A DNA stretch of 32,000 nucleotides from Candidatus Hermodarchaeota archaeon (GTDB lineage Archaea; Asgardarchaeota; Heimdallarchaeia; Hodarchaeales; Hodarchaeaceae): contig JBHLKY010000006.1 of assembly GCA_048886185.1 (NCBI GenBank), forward strand, positions 30,001-62,000. The letters run 5' to 3'. Below the pieces are notes generated by a model that searched no databases, was not told the origin of the DNA, and saw only the letters and a list, made by a program, of their open reading frames with translations. Below are positions 26,146-32,000 of the stretch, one piece after another; position 1 is the first letter of the stretch; each line of letters starts with the position of its first letter. Position numbers and translations under genes: made by a program.

Positions 26146-27828
26146 ATGATTGAGATTAATCATCTATTGGTTGATTCTATGAATGTTTCTCTCATTAAAA
26201 GAGCTCAGAGAGATATCTGGATAATGATTATTCCCCTCATAACCATCTATCCAATCATATCAGTTACTCGCGGTAATTTCTCACTTAATGCGATACATCA
26301 TGATAAACGACTGCAATTCAATATCCCTGGAAAGGTGGTTGATACAAGGGATAATCTTGAAAGTGTACTTTCTATAACGCATCATGATCCTAGTAAAGCT
26401 CAAGAAGGATTGACAATCTTCACTATATGGCGAATTACTCATCATGCTCCTGAACTTCACCTGATAGATGCAATGATAGTAATCACAGATATGGAGGGTA
26501 ACGTAGAAGAGATGTTAACTTTTCCAATAGAGGATAAACCAGAATTGGGTATCCTACCCATGGATCCTGAGTTTATTGATTCTACGACTTTTGTTTGTAT
26601 TCTAGGACCTAATCTTATCCTCTTTAATAATCAAATAGAAGTTACCGAAGTCCTCCCTATTCCTTCTGGGCATCATGATGTGGAATATAATCCTATTACA
26701 GATACATTTTTGACTGTTCACTTCACCCAATATGGATACTTTCAGGATGAACCTTTATTGTTTGATGATATTCGCGAATATAATCGATTTGGGGCTGAAG
26801 TATGGTATTGGAATAGCAGTGACCACATTCCTTTCAACAAAACATACTTTACAAAGGAAATGTTTTACAACACTTATCAATGGACTCATGCAAATACGAT
26901 CTTTTGGGACATTGAGGATCATGCTATCTACTATAATTGTAGACATTTGGATACTTTCTATAAGATTGATTATCCTAGTGGGGAGATTCTTTGGGCTGCA
27001 GGAAAGATGGGGAACTTGAAGTTATTTGATATTCGAGGTAAGGCAAAAGAAAGTCTTTTTTATCATAGCCATGCGGTTGAAGTAATTGGACCGAACCGCT
27101 TTATCATTTTTGATAATGATTACTTTAACACCACTCGAGACAATCCACAAGAAGCACAGGGAATATCTCGGATATTAGAAGTAATTGTGAATGAAGAAAC
27201 AATGACAATGAATGAAACTTGGTCATGGTCAGGCCCATCAGAGTATTTTGGGGATGTATGGGGAGATGCTGATCGCTTACCGAATGGGAATCGATTAGGT
27301 ACGTTCGGTGTTCCTACTCATCCCGCTTATATAACTGAGGTAAACCCAGAAGGTACTATTGTCTGGGAATTAGCACTGGAACAAGAAATATGGGATTACC
27401 TAGGAATTTATAATGCAGATCGATTTTTTGAAGCACCATTAATTGAAATTAATCAAACAGACTATACACAAACTGAAGACAAAGATTTAGAAATACAGGT
27501 GAGGACTTGGGATACATTTGATACTAGACTTACGAGAGAGGGATTATTGACTATTACAGAAGGAAGGGAAGTGATAGAATCAGTTGATTTCACATTTTCT
27601 CCTCATTGGCAAGAAACTATTGTTAATACAAGTGTTTCATGTACAGGAGAAGGAGAACGAACTCTAGTACTCACAATAACAAATGAAGATGACCTCAGCA
27701 CAAGCGTAACCATTACGATTAATGGAGGAGTAACCACTCAACCAGTAGTTGGATGGTTGTTCATCCCAATATTTTCTGGGATGATAGCCATAACAGCTGT
27801 AAAAAAGAAAAAGAAAGCAGTTTTCTAA
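26146..27828 (+). CDS. Aryl-sulfate sulfotransferase (ASST) family, secreted and C-terminally anchored
   Basis: GHHD, WTHAN, RHLDTFYKID..GEILW, FYHSH, IFDN, SRILEV, GDADRLPNGN; then a beta-sandwich segment and TM + KKKKK. Confidence 0.82.
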   Translation: MIEINHLLVDSMNVSLIKRAQRDIWIMIIPLITIYPIISVTRGNFSLNAIHHDKRLQFNIPGKVVDTRDNLESVLSITHHDPSKAQEGLTIFTIWRITHHAPELHLIDAMIVITDMEGNVEEMLTFPIEDKPELGILPMDPEFIDSTTFVCILGPNLILFNNQIEVTEVLPIPSGHHDVEYNPITDTFLTVHFTQYGYFQDEPLLFDDIREYNRFGAEVWYWNSSDHIPFNKTYFTKEMFYNTYQWTHANTIFWDIEDHAIYYNCRHLDTFYKIDYPSGEILWAAGKMGNLKLFDIRGKAKESLFYHSHAVEVIGPNRFIIFDNDYFNTTRDNPQEAQGISRILEVIVNEETMTMNETWSWSGPSEYFGDVWGDADRLPNGNRLGTFGVPTHPAYITEVNPEGTIVWELALEQEIWDYLGIYNADRFFEAPLIEINQTDYTQTEDKDLEIQVRTWDTFDTRLTREGLLTITEGREVIESVDFTFSPHWQETIVNTSVSCTGEGERTLVLTITNEDDLSTSVTITINGGVTTQPVVGWLFIPIFSGMIAITAVKKKKKAVF

Positions 27829-27854
27829 TTATCTGAACAATTTGCTTTCTTATA

Positions 27855-29096
27855 TTAAATGTATCTGAGGAATGAATCAGGATATCTTTTCTTCAAGTTA
27901 CGGAATTCAATACACACAGGATAGAGAATAAGTAAACCGAGAATCCAGACGAGTATTGTTATCTGGAGTGAGAAGGATTTTTCGAGCCCAAGAGTAAAAG
28001 GAACAATTCCATATACAATTAAATGTGCACAATAAAAGAAAAGTGCAGCAGTTCCAAAGACAATTATGGGATTTACTAATTTCTGAAAATCTTGCCTGTC
28101 CTGATAGTAAAATGCCAAGGCAAGGGCTAAACACATTCCACCTAAAGTCCAAAGTAGGAAAACAGTATCAGGAGGATACTTTGACATAAAGAAAAAATTC
28201 TGAATGCTAAAGGCATTTTCTATTAAAACACCATCTCTAAGCCAAATTGGGAAGTAACTCGTGGATTTTCCTTGAACAAATCGAAGAATAAAGAATCCAC
28301 TAATTGATAAAAGACCAATCTGTAAAAGACGCTTCGCAATGTACTTATTAGAGTCAGGAAGCTGTTTTTTTTGTATTTGTACCAACCACCTACCGAATAC
28401 AACACCCAAACCCATTACACCTAACCATGGTTCAAGGGGATACAACCCGTAAGGCCATTGAGGCCATTTTAAGGCTACTTGAAGCCAAGTAATGAGATCA
28501 GGGAAACTTGAGAAAAGAGGTTCAATGATGAAACCAGGGTAAAGCACAGCGAATTCCACTGGATGTTGCCCAGGCTCTTCAAAAAGTTGATTCCAAAGAA
28601 ATTCTCCAAATATTGGGGATAACATCAGAAATAATGAGAGTCCAAGAATAATTTTAGTATCTAGCTTCCGTATAAAAGCAAAAACAATGAAACCTACTCC
28701 AATTGCTGCTAACACACCGAAATAAAACGGTGCAGCATGGAATAACCAAGCGATTAATGTCCATTCAATTAAAAGGAGACATAAACCTCTAATGACCAGG
28801 TGTTTTGTTACATCTTCATGTGAAAATCCTGTATCCAATCGTTTTGTTTCAAATAATATAATTGAAGTCCCAGCTAGAAATATGAATGTTGGAGCACATC
28901 AATGAGAGACAAACCGAATTAAAAATTGAAGTAGGTCAGGTAAAACAGCTGGTCGTTGTGAAAACCAAAATTCACCAAAAAATCGGCCTGAATTCCAATA
29001 AGTAGAAGCATGATCAATAGCCATTAGTATGATAGCCAGTCCTCGGACAAAATCAATCGCGGGAATACGCAGAATAAATCTTATTCTTGAATTCAA
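27855..29096 (-). pseudogene. DUF1624 / HGSNAT-like membrane acyltransferase interrupted by one in-frame TGA
   Basis: RIPAIDFVRGLAIILMAIDH..RFVSH*CAPTFIFLAGTS continues in frame into 27855..28838 (LIIRG-like, GVLAAIG, YPLEPWLG, KYPP, ALFFYCAH). The TGA is at 28899-28901. Confidence 0.85.
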
Positions 29097-29151
29097 TTCA
29101 TTATTTTCCTTTTCATTCAGTAGTAATGCATTTGATTTTATTTTCTTGTTG

Positions 29152-31110
29152 TTATTTTTTTTTCACTATCCAAATGATATAACCTAATACAACACAAAAA
29201 GTGAGAAAAACAACGGAAAGCTCAATAAATTCAATCAGCTGAGCTTTATACCAGGTCTTGTACACTAATACAGTCTGCTCTGCAGATTTTAATTGAACAA
29301 GAACATCAGATTCATACAATAAAAAAACCAATGCTGGATTCCCCTTCGCTGTGAGCTCAAAATTCAGTATCGTGGTGCCATTTATCCAGACTTGCTGATA
29401 ATAATAGTTGAATAACTCTTGGATATCCGTTACCCTAATGAAAAGTTGCTGGGAATAGGGATACTCGTTTTTGTCTTCATTAAGATCTTCAATTGCGACT
29501 GACATTGACCCCAGAGCAGAATTGTATTCAACGTGCTTGAAGCTATATTTAGGAAGAAAAGGATTATCAAACCAAGGGTAGAAATACCAATCTAAGGATT
29601 TTCCAAGTATTTTTTCAAAGGATTTTTGCAGATCTGGAAAAGTGGCGATTTTGAAATGATGCTCTTGAAAGAAATCCTTTAGTCCCGCCAAAAAGTTTTC
29701 AGGCCCAATAGTTAAACGAAGTTTTTGAAGAATTAAAGGGGATTTTGTATAAGCAGTATAACGGTAACTCATATTAGTATAAAGAAAATCATAAATCGAT
29801 TGATTAATTATACTCGCTTGCTTATTGTCTTCATAATAAGTCCTCACGATATTTAAAGGCCAATATTGCTCAAAAAAATTCCAGTCAGGATAGTAAAAAT
29901 CAAAATAGTAATCAGTGGACCAACTCGTTAATCCCTCATCCAAGTGACCCCAATCGATCTGATCATTTCCAACGAGCTGGCACCACCATTGATGTGCCGT
30001 TTCGTGGGCAATAATTAGTTCTTGATAAAATTCAGGGGCATCAGGGTGTTGATCTTGAATAGATTCTGATATTTGAACCTGACATGGATACTCCATCCCG
30101 CTATAAAATCCATATGCTTCTACCAAGTTGTAAGTAGCATAAGGATATGAACCATAAGAATTCATAAATAGAAGGAGCGAATTGACAGCTATATCAAGTG
30201 TATGTTCCGCCCAGGAACCAGTACTGTGAGGTAAATAATAACTGCTTACATTAATACTATTATCCCCGATTATTGTGGATTCAACCTGAAAATACCGCGA
30301 AGCAGAGAAGACTACTTCACGAACAGGATAATGAGGATTGTAGTAATTTTTGGTCGTTATTCCATCAGTTGAACTGTAAATCAATTCACCTGTTGCTGCA
30401 ACAATCATTCCAGTTGGTACCTCAACCATTAGGTCATAATAGGCCATATCAAAATAGAAGGGATCACCAATAGAAAGATATGGGTCAATATTCCAGCCAT
30501 CATATTTGTCATACACACAGGGTATTGGATAAAATGCAGTACAAGTAAACATGCGTGATCTGTTACTATCAAAACCATAAGAATTTGCCCTATCTTGACC
30601 ATCAGGAAGGGTGGTATTAAAGACTATACGAAGCGAGGTACTTTGATTGAATTCAAGAGGTGAAGAAAGGTTCACCCACATTAATTGTTGATCAGAAAAA
30701 ACCTTATAGGGGAGATCAATGGAAGGAGAACCTGTAGTTGTGACATTAAAAATCAAGATATCTCCTTCCCGACTTTTGAATTGCATACCAGAAGGATAAA
30801 GATGGAATGGAATGGAGTCAAGTGTGATTGGATCATTGTTGAGATAAACCACTGTTAAATTGCCTTCAATTACTGATAATGCTTCATCTAATTTTACTGA
30901 CAATGATAGATTTGAAAATATTCCTTCTTGCTTAATAATATCACTTTTAGCATCTCTATTTACAAGTGAATTCTTAATATTCTTACTATTGCTTGTTAAT
31001 AAGCGATTTTTACTAGAATTCAATGTGATTTCAGCCTTGAAGTTTTCTAGACCAGTAATGAAAATAAGAGAAAATATAAACACCAGTATGAAGACCTGTG
31101 ACTTTCTCAT
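29152..31110 (-). CDS. M1-family Zn aminopeptidase, secreted and C-terminally anchored
   Basis: SGMEYP (GAMEN-like), HETAH-X18-E, AYTKS. A signal peptide MRKSQVFILVFIFSLIFITG begins at ATG 31110, so the track's extra 82 codons are probably not translated. Confidence 0.9.
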   Translation of the reverse strand: MRKSQVFILVFIFSLIFITGLENFKAEITLNSSKNRLLTSNSKNIKNSLVNRDAKSDIIKQEGIFSNLSLSVKLDEALSVIEGNLTVVYLNNDPITLDSIPFHLYPSGMQFKSREGDILIFNVTTTGSPSIDLPYKVFSDQQLMWVNLSSPLEFNQSTSLRIVFNTTLPDGQDRANSYGFDSNRSRMFTCTAFYPIPCVYDKYDGWNIDPYLSIGDPFYFDMAYYDLMVEVPTGMIVAATGELIYSSTDGITTKNYYNPHYPVREVVFSASRYFQVESTIIGDNSINVSSYYLPHSTGSWAEHTLDIAVNSLLLFMNSYGSYPYATYNLVEAYGFYSGMEYPCQVQISESIQDQHPDAPEFYQELIIAHETAHQWWCQLVGNDQIDWGHLDEGLTSWSTDYYFDFYYPDWNFFEQYWPLNIVRTYYEDNKQASIINQSIYDFLYTNMSYRYTAYTKSPLILQKLRLTIGPENFLAGLKDFFQEHHFKIATFPDLQKSFEKILGKSLDWYFYPWFDNPFLPKYSFKHVEYNSALGSMSVAIEDLNEDKNEYPYSQQLFIRVTDIQELFNYYYQQVWINGTTILNFELTAKGNPALVFLLYESDVLVQLKSAEQTVLVYKTWYKAQLIEFIELSVVFLTFCVVLGYIIWIVKKK

Positions 31111-31498
31111 GGAAGGATTTTTCCTATTTATTTTTCTTGGAATATTACTGAGACTGTACATTCCATCATATTGAAGAGAACCAGACCAAACTTCTCTAAC
31201 ACCTGATTGGTGATATCTATGAGCTATTCTACCAGAATTTGATCTGTTTTGTCTGTTAGCTGGCTGGAAATGCTTTGTTTTTCCATTTTTTCTGCGTTTG
31301 AGATTTATCCGAATTATAATATATATCAACTCACTTTGAGGAATTATTAATTTCAAGTTTTGGAATTCAAATATTAGTTTAGAAACTATTCGATTTCCGA
31401 ATACTCGAAAAATATAGTTAACCCCAAAACAAATTTATCTGCATAAATCTTCATTATTTTAAAATTAGGGGGCTGTAGAGGGCTTTTCAGAAAAGAAC

Positions 31499-31762
31499 TT
31501 ACCCATACTGCTGCTTAGAATAGCTAATAAATCGATTAATATACATCCAAGAGTAATAGTTCATTAGAAGAACTCCGTTTAGTAACAGTTGGAGACTAAT
31601 AATTAAAATGATCCAAGCAGGAATTGCCAGTACAGTCCAAGGCATTAGGGGACTCCAAAGAATAACAACAAGAAAGAATATCCCTAGTCCACCTATAATA
31701 TTATAATTCAGAATTCGTCGAAAATTGTCATCCTCGAGTGCTATATTATAATTCAGGATCAT
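31499..31762 (-). CDS. Small 2-TM membrane protein downstream of PadR
   Basis: Two hydrophobic segments; 13 bp after the PadR stop on the same strand. Confidence 0.5.
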   Translation of the reverse strand: MILNYNIALEDDNFRRILNYNIIGGLGIFFLVVILWSPLMPWTVLAIPAWIILIISLQLLLNGVLLMNYYSWMYINRFISYSKQQYG

Positions 31763-31775
31763 TCATTTGGTGAGT

Positions 31776-32000
31776 TCACTTCTCTTCAGTCAACAGTTGA
31801 TTGATAAGGGATTGAAGATCCAGCCAATCCCTTTTCTTTTCGTTTAAAACCTGCACTCCCTTTTGAGTTAAAGAATAAACTGACTTTTGCCTAATAACTC
31901 CCTTTGAATGGGAAGTAGTTTCTTCAATGTCTTTGGCTAATAACCCCATTGATTCTAATTTTACCATGTGAGGATAAATAGTTCCTGCTCGAAATGAAAT
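31776..32000 (-). CDS. PadR-family transcriptional regulator, 5' end outside the window
   Basis: The frame is open to the window edge: ISFRAGTIYPHMVKLESMGLL..RQKSVYSLTQKG..W (PadR GTIYP and Y.LT..G motifs). Confidence 0.85.
   Translation of the reverse strand: MSFRAGTIYPHMVKLESMGLLAKDIEETTSHSKGVIRQKSVYSLTQKGVQVLNEKKRDWLDLQSLINQLLTEEK

Noticed and set aside
28899-28901. Selenocysteine or genome-wide UGA reassignment
   Set aside because: The conserved Cys is the next codon, so the TGA does not align with Cys. I saw no SECIS-like hairpin in the 26-bp 3' gap, and TGA terminates cofD, cofG, priL and lplA normally.
29152-29163. A9 run at the aminopeptidase end allowing a frameshift fusion to DUF1624, or a KKXX retrieval signal
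   Set aside because: Poly-Lys after a TM helix is the normal positive-inside tail, the Lys spacing does not fit KKXX, and nothing supports slippage.
642-31174. Short ORFs in the track overlapping longer genes (e.g. 642, 2005, 4152, 5541, 6846, 7253, 10340, 10344, 11406, 11656, 15611, 16364, 18756, 19783, 24317, 24354, 26732, 26755, 27907, 28223, 30273, 30860)
   Set aside because: They are antisense or alternate-frame shadows of well-supported genes and carry no motifs.
31111-31356. 82-codon N-terminal extension of the aminopeptidase in the ORF track
   Set aside because: It precedes a clear signal peptide starting at ATG 31110 and has no domain character.

Overview
AT-rich archaeal chromosomal DNA, most likely from an Asgard archaeon of the Heimdallarchaeia. 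This is an inference from the eukaryote-like PriS/PriL, Hef, a cof operon, GGTG/GGAG Shine-Dalgarno sites and PGF-type C-terminal anchors. From left to right the window holds: (i) a surface-glycan cluster (WbpI-like wecB, GT2, GT4, UPF0104 flippase-like protein, manC) preceded by a truncated response-regulator receiver; (ii) an F420-0 operon cofD-[Dus-like TIM barrel]-cofC-cofG-cofH, in which cofC appears to start at CTG; (iii) lplA followed by a ~2.75 kb islet that encodes a membrane-tethered wHTH regulator, palindromic operators and a PGF-anchored surface protein with an exact 588-bp internal duplication, and that ends in a decayed second copy of the lplA 3' end; (iv) two methyltransferases flanking a coupled priL-priS pair; (v) a second flippase-like protein, a GT-C-like protein, two small hypotheticals and Hef with a one-residue deletion in motif VI; (vi) a possible Tubby/LURP-fold protein, an anchored arylsulfotransferase, a DUF1624 gene broken by one in-frame TGA, an anchored M1 aminopeptidase and a partial PadR. 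I saw no rRNA, tRNA, CRISPR array, transposase or integrase. The best candidates for undescribed biology are the Dus-like flavoprotein inside the cof operon and the lplA-bounded islet. All family calls come from motif recognition by eye; no database search was run.
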